Below, in pieces: positions 28,856 through 39,034 of a stretch of DNA of 64,000 bases; position 1 is the first letter of the stretch, and each line of letters opens with the position of its first letter. Made by a program: the position numbers and the translations under genes. This stretch comes from Candidatus Latescibacterota bacterium (GTDB lineage: Bacteria; Latescibacterota; UBA2968; UBA8231): contig OZ242214.1 in the NCBI GenBank assembly GCA_965206595.1, positions 1,920,001 to 1,984,000 on the forward strand. Reading direction: 5' to 3'. Under the pieces are notes generated by a model. It was given only the letters and a program-made list of their open reading frames with translations. It was not told the DNA's origin and ran no database searches.

Positions 28856-29785
28856 CTAAGGCGCCACATTTCCAGCTTCTTTCAGTGTCTTGCGCCACAT
28901 TGGCGTGCTCATGTACTTGTCCCCGCCATCGCAAAATACCGTTACCACCACCCCTTCATCGAGCCCACGGGCAACTTCGACCGCCGCCCAGTAGGCAGCT
29001 CCCGACGACTGCCCAACAAGCAAACCCTGCTCCCGCGCCAATCTCAATGTGGTGTCATAGGCAATATCGGTATCGACGGTGATCTTGTAATCGAGAAACG
29101 ATTCGTCATAAATCCCCGGCACGATTGAGCTCGCCATGTGTTTGAGGCCCTCGATCCCGTGAAAAGATTCCGGCTCGACGCCCACGACCTGGATCGCACT
29201 GTTATATCCCTTCAAGCCACGCCCAGTCCCCATAGCGGTACCGCTCGTACCCAGTGTCGCGACGAAATGGGTGACACCCCCTCCCGTTTCGCTCCAGATT
29301 TCCGGTGCTGTGGTGTCTCTGTGTGCTTTCCAGTTGGCCGGATTGTTGTACTGATCGGGTTTGAAGAAGGCCCCATCGCCGTTCTCGTAGATCCTCCGCG
29401 CCTGCAGAATGGCGCCGTCCGAACCCTCACCCGGATCGGTCAGAACGACACCGGCACCGTATGCCGAGAGGATGGCCTTTCGCTCCCGGGATACACTCGC
29501 CGGCATCGCCAGCAGTACACGGTATCCAAGGGCCGCCCCGATCATGGCGTAGGCTATTCCCGTGTTCCCCGATGTCGAGTCGAGGATGACCTTGCCTGGA
29601 ACGAGTTCTCCGCTGCGCTCGCCATCCCTGATCATGCGCAGAGCAGGCCGGTCTTTGACCGAGCCACCAGGATTGAAGAATTCGAGCTTGGCGTACAGCT
29701 CGACCTTTCGCGGGATCTCCTCGTCGTGCAGGCGAAGGAGTGGAGTGTTGCCGATTTGGTCGACTACGGACGACGTCCCAGTCAA
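28856..29785 (-). CDS. cysM: PLP-dependent cysteine synthase (CysM-like)
   Basis: IGNTPL, KLEFFNPGGSVKDR, DSTSGNTG, DQYNNPAN, GTSGT. Confidence 0.75.
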   Translation of the reverse strand: MTGTSSVVDQIGNTPLLRLHDEEIPRKVELYAKLEFFNPGGSVKDRPALRMIRDGERSGELVPGKVILDSTSGNTGIAYAMIGAALGYRVLLAMPASVSRERKAILSAYGAGVVLTDPGEGSDGAILQARRIYENGDGAFFKPDQYNNPANWKAHRDTTAPEIWSETGGGVTHFVATLGTSGTAMGTGRGLKGYNSAIQVVGVEPESFHGIEGLKHMASSIVPGIYDESFLDYKITVDTDIAYDTTLRLAREQGLLVGQSSGAAYWAAVEVARGLDEGVVVTVFCDGGDKYMSTPMWRKTLKEAGNVAP

Positions 29786-29866
29786 GCGTTGCTGTGAACC
29801 TTTGCATGCCTTACGTCAATGACTGCTGCCCAAACTCGGAGTTTCTCCAATATAGCCTTGAACAAT

Positions 29867-31451
29867 CGGAACGTGTCAATGGAAATGAGACACTTCGCGT
29901 GAAAGTTTACTGTCCTGTTCGTGCGCATTCGATGATGGTCGGGGGTGGGTTGATCCACACCTCGGCTGGTATTTTCGGTGCTTGGGGCGGCCCCTTTACG
30001 AAGCGCTCGGGATGTCGTGCATGGGCGTCATCGAGGATGGATTGGCGCGCTGCCTGGAGCTCCTCGGCGCGCCCGTGATGTACCGCCTCCGGGGTCAGCA
30101 GGCCCAATCCGCTATGGCGATGGCGGGTGTTGTACCAGAGAAAGAACGAGCGAAAATACGCCCGCGCCTGCTCCGGGTCGGCAAAGCGGCCCGGGTAGGT
30201 GGGCGCGTATTTGACGGTTTTGAACTGGCTCTCCGAATAGGGGTTGTCGTCGGCGGTTCGCGGGCGGCTGTAGCTGGCCAGGATCTCGAGATCGACCAGC
30301 AGCTGCGAAAAGGTCTTGGCCGTCATCGGGGCGCCCCGGTCCTGGTGCAGGGTCAGCTGCCCCGGCTCGATGGCTTGCTTGCGGCAGGCGGTCCGGATCA
30401 GGCGCCGTGCGCTGCCGGCGCTTTCCCGGGTGGCCACCATCCAGGCGACGACGTAACGCGAAAACAGGTCGAGCACCACGTAAAGCGGATACGTCCCCCC
30501 TGTACGCGGGCCCGCCAGACGGGTAATGTCCCATGTCCAGACCTGGTTGGGGGCCCTGGCCACCAGCCGCGGCGGCTCGGCCCGAGGGTGGCGGCGCTGG
30601 CGGCGGCGTTCCCGCACCTCGCCGGCGCCGTGCAGCAGACGATACATCGTGCGTTGGGAACACAGGTAGCGTCCTTCCTCCAGCAGATTCGCGTATACGG
30701 CGGCCGGGGCCTGGTCGACGAAACGGTCTTCGTGCAGGGTAGCCAGTACGTGGGCGCGCTCTTCCGGGGCCAAGGCACGAGGCGAACGGCAAAGGCGCCG
30801 CGTCCCGGCGCGGCAGCGGGGGGGTGCGGTGGCGATAGACCGAAGCGCGGGCCACCCCCAGGGCGCGGCAAGCCGGGGCCACCCCGACCGTGGTCGCCAA
30901 CTGTTCGACCGCCGCGCTCATGCGTCGTCGCCGTTGGCGGGCCGGTTCAGGGGGATCCCCAGGATCTCGGAGGCTTTTTTTTGGATCTCGAGAATCACTT
31001 GGGCCTGCTCCAGACGCCGCCGCAGACGGGCGTTCTCCATGCGCAAGCGCTCGTTGTCGCTGGCCACCGGGTCCCGACGACGGCCTTGGGGACCCCGCGG
31101 CGTGGCCAACGCCTGCAACGAGCCTTCCCGCCGCGCCCGCCGCCAGGCGGTCAGCTGCGAGGAGTACAGGCCCTCGCGGCGCAGTAAGGCACCGACCTCC
31201 CCGGGAGCCCGGCAGACATCGGCTTCTTCCAGTACCCGCAGCTTATACTGGGCACTGAAATACCGACGCTTGGCTCTGTCTGGCACTTCCGGATCGAGAC
31301 GAGGAACCTCGGGGGTGGACTCTTCCACAGGCAACGAAACTCGCTCCGCCTTTCCAGTACGGGAAGCCATCTTCTATCGCTCTCCTTTCCGCCCTCCTGA
31401 CTACTCTAAACTCCGATGCGGAAATGTCTCACTCTATATTGGCACGTAGGG
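29867..31451 (-). mobile_element. IS3-like element (orfA 30918-31370, orfB 29907-30921 with a frameshift near 30790)
   Basis: IRs ACGTGTCAATGGAAATGAGACA / ACGTGCCAATATAGAGTGAGACA; WTWDIT, LHQDRG, DDNPYSESQFK; orfA/orfB ATGA overlap; exact tips uncertain by about 7 bp. Confidence 0.88.
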
Positions 31452-31912
31452 GTTCAAGGCTCCGGGCTTCCCCGGATTCAGGTAGATGCCGGTAGTGGCG
31501 GTCATGATCGACGAAGTGGAAGAAGTGGTGAGATGATCTTCATCCCCCCGGGAGGGTGGGGGAATTTAGGCATCCGTATTAGGCATTTAAAATCTGGTTT
31601 AGTATTGGTAATAGCCCCCCGGTACAGAGCAGGTCTGTCCTGTGCCCCACCTGATTGCCAACTGTCGGCCTGCAAAGCGACCTTCACCACAGCCACAAGA
31701 CCTTGCATCCTAAAGTAGAGTTGCGTAGGAGGATCTTGAAACGGCAGCTTGGCAGGCCTGAAAACATGCCTCCTGATCTAAGCCCGGCCCCTTGATCCGG
31801 TGCTTCGGTGATTCCCGCATTCTGTATCCTCACCTTGAAAATCAGAAAAAGGCAGGGTTGCCCGTGCCCGTGTTGACAGCATATGACCGCAGATCAAAAC
31901 AGTCCGGTACGC

Positions 31913-31947
31913 AAAAGACCCCAAAGGGGTCGCCCCTCGGGGTCTTT
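31913..31947 (-). terminator. Rho-independent terminator downstream of tRNA-Asn
   Basis: AAAGACCCC...GGGGTCTTT stem with a nested GC hairpin; TTTT tail on the minus strand. Confidence 0.65.
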
Positions 31948-31975
31948 CAATGATTGCCGCCGGAATCGGCGGCAA

Positions 31976-32051
31976 TGGCTCCGGCGGTAGGATTCGAACC
32001 TACGACCAATCGGTTAACAGCCGACCGCTCTGCCAGCTGAGCTACGCCGGA
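31976..32051 (-). tRNA. tRNA-Asn (GTT)
   Basis: TCCGGCGTAGCTCAG...TCGGCTGTTAACCGA...GTTCGAATCC..GCCGGAGCCA, 76 nt. Confidence 0.97.
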
Positions 32052-32077
32052 AAATCCTTCTCACGTTCTAACAGCTG

Positions 32078-32106
32078 AAATTAGCCCCGACCAATACCAC
32101 TGTCAA
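32078..32106 (-). promoter_or_regulatory. sigma70 promoter of tRNA-Asn
   Basis: TTGACA-N17-TAATTT on the minus strand, 26 nt upstream of the tRNA. Confidence 0.7.
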
Positions 32107-32132
32107 TGCGGAGGATTGCTTTTCCGCCTCGT

Positions 32133-32984
32133 TCAGTCTTCGCCGTAGTATTCCTTCAATACCTCGCTGCGGTTGGGGTGCCGCAGCTTCTGCAGAGCCT
32201 TCTCTTTTATCTGGCGAACCCGCTCCCGCGTGCGCCCGACATGTCTTCCGATCTCTTCAAGGGTCATCGGTTGCTGTCCATCGAGCCCATAGTACATCCG
32301 CAACACGCGAGCCTCCCCATCCGTTAGCGTTTCCATGGCGCTACGGATCTCGTCTTTCAACTTCCCTTCCGACAGGACTTCGTCGCAGGCCGGAAGGGTT
32401 TCATCCGGAAGCAGATCACCCAGACAGCGATCCGCTTCGCCATCATCGCATGGGGTTTCCAGCGACACCGGGCGCTGCGCCATCCGCAGCAGCAGATCTA
32501 TGCCGTCTGGATTGACATCGAGCTCCGCCGCGATTTCGTCGCTTTCCGGAGGACGCCCGAGCCGTTGCTCCAGCTTGGTCAGCACTTTGTTGACGCGAGT
32601 CAACTCCCCGATCCGGTTCAGCGGCAACCGCACGATGCGCGACTGCTCAGCCAGCGCCTGCAGGATCGACTGTCTGATCCACCAGACGGCGTAGGAGATG
32701 AACTTGAATCCCTTCGAACCGTCGAAACGCCTGGCAGCCACCATCAGCCCAAGGTTGCCTTCGTTTATCAGGTCGGAAAGCGGCAGCCCGAGATTCTGAT
32801 ACTGCTTGGCGACGCTGACGACAAAGCGAAGATTCGCCTGCACCAAGCGAGTGAGTGCTCCTTCGTCCCCATCTTTTATGCGTTTTGCCATCTCGATTTC
32901 GTCCTTCGCCGATAGTCCGACCGAGTCTTCGATCTCGTGGAAATACTGATCGACCAAGGTGTCGGTCTGTAGCGTGGAAGCCAT
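32133..32984 (-). CDS. RpoD/SigA-family sigma70 factor lacking region 1.1
   Basis: NLRFVVSVAKQY, DLINEGNLGL, FKFISYAVWWIRQSI, TLEEIG..TRERVRQI. Confidence 0.93.
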   Translation of the reverse strand: MASTLQTDTLVDQYFHEIEDSVGLSAKDEIEMAKRIKDGDEGALTRLVQANLRFVVSVAKQYQNLGLPLSDLINEGNLGLMVAARRFDGSKGFKFISYAVWWIRQSILQALAEQSRIVRLPLNRIGELTRVNKVLTKLEQRLGRPPESDEIAAELDVNPDGIDLLLRMAQRPVSLETPCDDGEADRCLGDLLPDETLPACDEVLSEGKLKDEIRSAMETLTDGEARVLRMYYGLDGQQPMTLEEIGRHVGRTRERVRQIKEKALQKLRHPNRSEVLKEYYGED

Positions 32985-33867
32985 TGGACACGCCCCTTCT
33001 CTCACAGGTGTCGAAATCGCGCTAAGTCCGCCCTGCCGCCTTTTAGGCCACATGAGGCGAACTCTCCGCACTTGGCACCGCCACTGCAATACGGCGGTCG
33101 CTGTGCTGTTCGATCTACTCGGGGAGGGGATCGAACACAGGGGAATCTGACGGCTGTCTCAAGGACGGTTCGTCAGCGTGGGGAAAGGCGGATCAACTTC
33201 GCGCGGGGAAGCGCGAAAGGGAGTCGGAACTACAACACCAAGGGGAGTGCGAAAACTACGACAAGGGGTAAACTCCGATCAACCCAGAAAAGCGAATTGC
33301 TGTATAGAGAGATAAGCCGGGGAGTTTTGTCAACCATTGCGATGTGGTTCTGGCCGTCGTCGGGAGATCGCGAACACAGAAGCCGTATCGCCAAGGGCGA
33401 TCGTGTTGCGCATGTCAAATTCCGCCAAAATATAGGATAAGCGTCAGATTTTACAACACTTTTTTATCCGCTTTATTCCCGCCTGTTCGCCTGTCGGGTC
33501 CGGCCTCCGCGGCAGGAACCGCTCCAGCCTCCTGCCTCACCGACCTGCGGGGAGTTTCACACGGATTGCATCGAAGGTCAGGGTGTTTTTCAAACCGTGA
33601 CAGGATGCCTCCATCAGGGGCCAGGAGAGCGCATGAGCGCTGCATTCTCGAAAACCCGGGTGGCGCTGGATTGATTCCCTTCCAGGCAGCCACCGGCATT
33701 TTACATATTGGAAACGAACTGCCAGCGTGGTCCCGTTCAATCATTTGACTGCTTCAAGTTGTATCAGGAAATAGGTCCGCCGGCTCATTCTGTTCGATTA
33801 CAAAAACTCCCAGTATATTCTGCCCCCCTTGGCGAACGCAGGAAACCCCATACCGGAGAGGACCTAC

Positions 33868-34644
33868 TTGAGTAATGTCGAAGGTTGCCCATTCCGTCTC
33901 GATGGCAAGCGCGCCGTAATTACGGGAGGAGGTCGCGGTATCGGCCGCGCCGCGGCCATTGCCCTTGCCCGCTGTGGAGCCGATGTAACCGTGGTCAGCC
34001 GCACGCGCGAGCAGCTGGAAGCTACTATATCCGAGGTTCAAGAGTTCGGAGGAACAGGGGTTGCTCTCGTCGGAGACATCGGCAATCCGGAAAGTGTCGA
34101 CGCCCTCGTTAGAGAACTAGGCAGGAAAGGTGTGGCACCTGACATTTTGGTGAACAACGCCGGGATCAGCCCTGTCGTCAAACATACACAGGAAATCGAG
34201 CGCGAAGAGTTTGCGCAGGTCTTGGAGATCAACCTGAACGGAACCTTTGATCTCCTGCGCAGGCTTGCCCCGGGAATGCTCGAGCGTGGGAGCGGGTCGA
34301 TCATCAACGTAACGTCGATTGCCTCCGAGCGGGCCCTGCCGTTGCTCGCTGCTTACAACGCCAGCAAAGCTGCCCTCGACGGGCTGACTCGAACCATGGC
34401 GGTCGAGTGGGCGCCTTCGGGAGTGCGCGTCAACTCCGTCGCTCCCGCGTACATCGAAACCGAGATGACGGCCGCTATCCGGGAGCGGGAGAAACTCAAG
34501 CGGGCCATTATCCGGCGCACCCCGGTCGGCCGCCTTGGCAAACCCGAGGAGGTGGCTTGGGCGATTGTCTTTCTCGCCTCGGAGGAAGCCAGCTACATCA
34601 CCGGCCACACCTTGTTCGTCGACGGCGGCTGGACCTGCCTTTGA
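33868..34644 (+). CDS. SDR family oxidoreductase
   Basis: TGGGRGIG, NNAG, YNASK, VDGG. Confidence 0.92.
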   Translation: MSNVEGCPFRLDGKRAVITGGGRGIGRAAAIALARCGADVTVVSRTREQLEATISEVQEFGGTGVALVGDIGNPESVDALVRELGRKGVAPDILVNNAGISPVVKHTQEIEREEFAQVLEINLNGTFDLLRRLAPGMLERGSGSIINVTSIASERALPLLAAYNASKAALDGLTRTMAVEWAPSGVRVNSVAPAYIETEMTAAIREREKLKRAIIRRTPVGRLGKPEEVAWAIVFLASEEASYITGHTLFVDGGWTCL

Positions 34645-34669
34645 CAGTCCCCCCGACGAGCGCGGCCGG

Positions 34670-36115
34670 CTACTCCTTCGAGTCGGCGATTACCTGCAAA
34701 GCCAGCTGCTTGCAACGGCCGATGTCGAAGTCGCGCAGGATCGTGATCTTCTGCGCTTCCAGCGATCCTTCGGCATGGATCGACAGCAGTTCGTTGTAAC
34801 CGCCGAAGTCTGAGGCAGTCAGATCCCGAACGAGGTTGAAAGCCCGCAGGCGGTCCTCTGTCGCTACCCCCCCGGCTCCGCCGAGGAAACGCTCGATGTA
34901 CTCACGGGTATCGGGATTCTCCAGATCCTTCTCCGACGGCCCCGTTACCACCAACCCTCCGGCGATGTCCTGCACCCAGCAGACCGCCTGGTGGTAATTG
35001 CTGGCAAAGTAATACTTGGCCAGGTTGGTCAGGATGATATTCGGCACCGCCAGGCCGTGTTCGGTGATACGGCAATCGAAGGCTGCGGCGCGGCTAAGCC
35101 CTCGCACGGTTTCCGCCCAGGCGATCAGCTTCGTCAGTTTCTCGCGCACGTGACTGGGTTTTTCGATTCCGTTGTACTCCGCCAACAGGGCCGAGGCTCC
35201 GATGAACATGTCGCAAAGGGGTGGCTTGTATGACACCGCGGTGAACCGGTGGAACTCGACGAAGGTGTTGGCCAGGAAACCGGCCGCTTGCCACTCTCCT
35301 TTGAGAAACACGTTCTCGTTGGGTATGAAGACATCGTCGAAAACGGTCAGGGTGTCGACGAGCCGGTGCTGTGAGCTGACCGGGTGGTGAAATCGGCTCG
35401 GCTCGGGAGAGCCGAACGGACTGGCGATAAGTTTGACCCCATCTGCGCCCACCGAAACCGCGAAGGCAACGGCGTACTCTGAGTCCCCCTCGCCGATGGC
35501 GCGCGTGGGAATGACGATGAGATAGTCGACAAAGGGTGAATTGGTGGTGTGAGCCTTGGCTCCGCGCACGACAATGCCGTCGCTGCGCTCTTCGACGATG
35601 TGGACGTAGTAGTCGGGGTGTGCCTGCTGAGAAGGCAACAGGCTGCGGTCGCCCTTGGCATCGGTCTGGGCCACCGCCAGGGCGAGATCCTCCCGTCGGC
35701 ATTTGCGATGAAACGCCGCAACCCGTTCGCCGTAGTTCGTTCCCGCCTTGGAATCGACTACCCTGGTAACGAGATCGAGGGCGAAAAGAGCGTCGGTGCC
35801 GATCTCCTTGATCAGCAGCACCACGCTGCCCCCGAGACGGGTCGAGCGCTCGATCATCTCCCTGCGGTTGAGCAGATCCTCGGTACATGCCGGCTTTTTG
35901 AAATAGCGGCTGCTCAGCTCCCCATCCTCGTCTTCGTACACAAAGAGATCGCGATGGTCGGGATCTTCCGCGAGTCTGTAGTCGAGCGCCACGTGCTCAC
36001 AGCAGATCCCGAGGTCGGGGTGGGTCGTCACGTCATCGACCCGTTCCCCTTTCGAGTAGACCGCTCTCCCGTCCCGAAGGCCGGCCTTGAATTCCTCTTC
36101 CGTGCGCAGTCCCAT
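34670..36115 (-). CDS. 4-hydroxybutyryl-CoA dehydratase / HpaB-family flavoprotein
   Basis: GERVDDVTTHP, AQTDAKGDRS, DGIVVRGAKAH, VFDDVFIP..VFLKGE, DIAGG, HAEGS. Confidence 0.85.
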   Translation of the reverse strand: MGLRTEEEFKAGLRDGRAVYSKGERVDDVTTHPDLGICCEHVALDYRLAEDPDHRDLFVYEDEDGELSSRYFKKPACTEDLLNRREMIERSTRLGGSVVLLIKEIGTDALFALDLVTRVVDSKAGTNYGERVAAFHRKCRREDLALAVAQTDAKGDRSLLPSQQAHPDYYVHIVEERSDGIVVRGAKAHTTNSPFVDYLIVIPTRAIGEGDSEYAVAFAVSVGADGVKLIASPFGSPEPSRFHHPVSSQHRLVDTLTVFDDVFIPNENVFLKGEWQAAGFLANTFVEFHRFTAVSYKPPLCDMFIGASALLAEYNGIEKPSHVREKLTKLIAWAETVRGLSRAAAFDCRITEHGLAVPNIILTNLAKYYFASNYHQAVCWVQDIAGGLVVTGPSEKDLENPDTREYIERFLGGAGGVATEDRLRAFNLVRDLTASDFGGYNELLSIHAEGSLEAQKITILRDFDIGRCKQLALQVIADSKE

Positions 36116-36180
36116 CGCTCAGAAATCCTCCTTACCCGTTTCGCATATCGATTTCCACGATCCTTCGGCTCTTGGGTTCA

Positions 36181-38493
36181 TCAGTTTCTCAATGGCTTGC
36201 CGGTCTTGAGCATGTGCCGCATGCGCTCCCTTGTTGCAGGCATGCCGCACAGCTCGAGAAAGGTCTCTCGTTCGAGGTCGAGAAAATCCTGCTCGCTCGC
36301 TCCTGTGGGAGTCAGCCCGCGACCACAGACTACCTTGGCAAGGCGCACCCCCACCTCATGATCGTGATGGGTGATCCTTTCGGCATCGCGCTCCGCGACC
36401 AGGACCTGCTGCAGACGCTCCGCTTCTCGATCTCCGGCGGTTTGGATCACCTCCCTGACGGGCGGCTGGTACCCGGAGGCAAGATCGGAGCCGAGACGGA
36501 GAGCTTCGCCGACAATTCCGCCGTCGTTCATGCGCACCCTGTCTTCGGCTTGGACGAGCCCCCATTGCCTGCCCTGGTGGGCATTTTCGCTGAAGCGCCC
36601 GGAGGAAATCGTCTGGAAGGCGCGATCGATTGGCCCGCCGGCGCTCCGGCGGGCCATCTCCTTGCAGCCGCCGGCGCCCGGGATGAGGCCGACCGAGGTC
36701 TCGACCAAGCCGATGCGCAGCTCCGCGGCGACGACGCGTGCCGAAGCCGAGAGACAGAACTCGCACCCACCTCCCAGAGCGAGGCCGCGGGCTGAGGCGA
36801 TCACGGGAAAGGGGGCGAAGCGAACCGCCATGCACGCCTCCTGGAAATCCGCTACGTAGCGTTCCAGCTCGTCCCACCTGCCGGACTCTGCCAGCCCCAT
36901 GATGTAGGAAAGGTCGGCTCCGGCAGAAAAATTGCCGCCGTCTCCGTACAGTACCAGGAAATCCAGCCCCGCCCCTCCAACAGTGCGCTCGACCAGGGTC
37001 AGCGGCGAGGGGCCGATCACGTTCAGCTTTCCGGAGAAAACCAGGACACCCACCCCGCCGAGCCGCACCAGGCGGGCGTTTTCCACTTCGTCTGCAATCT
37101 CCCCGGATGCAAGCAGATCCGCATCGGTCGGGTCGGGAACCGGCGCGGAGCAATGCCCTTCTTCGGAGAGTGAGTACGCCTGCCTCCCACGGTCGGTGCT
37201 TGTATAGAACCCCTTGGCAGAAGACCGCGATATCCCCTCCAGCAGCCCGGGTACGGAGCGGCCGCTCTTCCTGAGATGAGCTGCCAGTCTGTCGGTCCCG
37301 ATCAAGTCGGCGACCTCGAACGGCCCGGCCTCCCAGTTGAATCCCCACCTCATCGCGCGATCGATCCGGTCGACGCCTGCGGCCATTTCCGCGCCGTTTT
37401 CGGCTGCGTAGGCGATGACTTCCGCGAGATGGCCGCGGGCAAAATCCGCCAACTTTCCGCTGCTGTTCATCAACCCCTCGAGGCGGTCCCGAAAGCCGCG
37501 GCGCGAGGCGACCTCCGCTAGCTCTCCCCCGAGGTCCACCTGCCGTCGCGGTCTGTACTGCATGCTGGCGAGATCGAGGACTTCGATTTGCCCTGCTTCA
37601 TTCCTGCGGTAAAACCCGCCCCCGGATTTTTCGCCTAGAAATTCCCCGGCGATCATCGGAGTCAGAAATCCGGGTGCCGCGAAGGTTTCCCGCCCAGGGC
37701 CTTCGGGTAGGTTGTCGTAGGCCGTTGCGGCAACGTCGGCGAGCACGTCGAGCCCGATGATATCGCTGAGTCGCAGGGTTGCGCTGCGCGGCCTTCCGAT
37801 CAGCACCCCGGTCGCTGCATCGACCTCCTCGGGGACCAGGTCCGCCCGCTGCATGCGGTGGAGGGCATCCATGAGCGCGAAGACCCCTATCCTGTTGGCG
37901 ATGAAGTTGGGTGTATCGCGGCACTCGACCACTCCCTTGCCGAGTTCCCGTTCCAGAAAGCGAGTCATCCGCCGCACGACCTCCGTGTCGGTATCCGCCG
38001 CGGGGACGACTTCGACGAGCTTCATGTAGCGAGGCGGATTGAAGAAGTGCACCCCCATGAACAGGCGCCTGAACTCTTCGGAGCGGTCCGTTGACATCCC
38101 GTTGACCGACAGACCGGAAGTGTTGGTGCTGATACACTGAATCACCGCGGAGCCGGCAACGGCGTCGTCGACGCGGGCGAGCAGCTCCCGCTTGGCAGCC
38201 AGGTCTTCGACAATCGCCTCAACGATCCAGTGAGTGGTGCGCAGGGGCTGGAGGTCTTCGAGTGACCGGCAGCGGATGGACCTGGCGATCTCGCTGGAGA
38301 AAAACGCCGCCGGCCTGCTGTTCAGGGCGCTGGCCAACCCCTCCTCTGCCAGACGGGTGGGGTTGCCTTCATCCGGGAGGTCGTAGAGATCGACGCTGAG
38401 ACCTGCGTTGGCGAGAAGCGCTGCAATCCGCGATCCCATCACCCCTGACCCAAGAACCGCCACCCTTGCGAGCGGCTCGTTCCCCGACGCCAT
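36181..38493 (-). CDS. 3-hydroxyacyl-CoA dehydrogenase / enoyl-CoA hydratase (FadN-like)
   Basis: GSGVMGS, EAIVED, TNTSG, HFFNPP, DTPNFIANR; C-terminal FSAGADL, GGGCE, TGKPLRN. Confidence 0.9.
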   Translation of the reverse strand: MASGNEPLARVAVLGSGVMGSRIAALLANAGLSVDLYDLPDEGNPTRLAEEGLASALNSRPAAFFSSEIARSIRCRSLEDLQPLRTTHWIVEAIVEDLAAKRELLARVDDAVAGSAVIQCISTNTSGLSVNGMSTDRSEEFRRLFMGVHFFNPPRYMKLVEVVPAADTDTEVVRRMTRFLERELGKGVVECRDTPNFIANRIGVFALMDALHRMQRADLVPEEVDAATGVLIGRPRSATLRLSDIIGLDVLADVAATAYDNLPEGPGRETFAAPGFLTPMIAGEFLGEKSGGGFYRRNEAGQIEVLDLASMQYRPRRQVDLGGELAEVASRRGFRDRLEGLMNSSGKLADFARGHLAEVIAYAAENGAEMAAGVDRIDRAMRWGFNWEAGPFEVADLIGTDRLAAHLRKSGRSVPGLLEGISRSSAKGFYTSTDRGRQAYSLSEEGHCSAPVPDPTDADLLASGEIADEVENARLVRLGGVGVLVFSGKLNVIGPSPLTLVERTVGGAGLDFLVLYGDGGNFSAGADLSYIMGLAESGRWDELERYVADFQEACMAVRFAPFPVIASARGLALGGGCEFCLSASARVVAAELRIGLVETSVGLIPGAGGCKEMARRSAGGPIDRAFQTISSGRFSENAHQGRQWGLVQAEDRVRMNDGGIVGEALRLGSDLASGYQPPVREVIQTAGDREAERLQQVLVAERDAERITHHDHEVGVRLAKVVCGRGLTPTGASEQDFLDLERETFLELCGMPATRERMRHMLKTGKPLRN

Positions 38494-38695
38494 TTCCGCC
38501 TCGCCATAAGTTTTCAATCTCATGCCGACCATTTTGGTCCCAATTCCAGGGAGGAGGGCTTTCTCGAACTCAAGGCAAGACCGGGTCTGGTGCCGTACCA
38601 AACTAGACCGCACGCTCGTTTCCGGGCGGAACGGCGGATTGGCGCCAGAAAAGCCGAAACGCCCAACACGCAACCAGGTCCAGCCAACTGGGGAA

Positions 38696-39031
38696 CTACA
38701 GCCTCTTGAGTAGTCCGGTGGCCTGCAGGTCGCCTGTACCGAGCCATTTCTGCAACCGCACGCGTACCGTCCAGATCGCCAGCGAAGTGACCGCCGCTCC
38801 GACCACCACGAAATACAACCCTTTGCCGACAACCTGGACCAAGGAGCCGGTCGAGACAGTCGTCATCGCAATAACGAGAAGGATGGAGGTCATTATGGTG
38901 ATGGTGAGCCATTTGAGCGCCCGTTGGCACATGACGATCAGGGCGGCACACGTCTCGGGATCGACAGCATCTCCCGACCGTCTCCCCCAGAGAAGCTGAG
39001 GTTTTTCCGCCTTCTTTCTGTTTCTGGCCAT
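38696..39031 (-). CDS. Small two-TM hypothetical protein
   Basis: Starts 3 nt after the dxr stop; two hydrophobic helices. Confidence 0.55.
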   Translation of the reverse strand: MARNRKKAEKPQLLWGRRSGDAVDPETCAALIVMCQRALKWLTITIMTSILLVIAMTTVSTGSLVQVVGKGLYFVVVGAAVTSLAIWTVRVRLQKWLGTGDLQATGLLKRL

Positions 39032-39034
39032 GAT

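Noticed and set aside
13259-32051. Genomic island integrated at tRNA-Tyr or tRNA-Asn
   Set aside because: No integrase and no duplicated tRNA 3' end; the 10-bp TGGCTCCGGC match near 26543 lies inside cysK and is chance-level
33220-33275. CRISPR-like repeat
   Set aside because: Only two short imperfect units, no spacer periodicity and no cas genes
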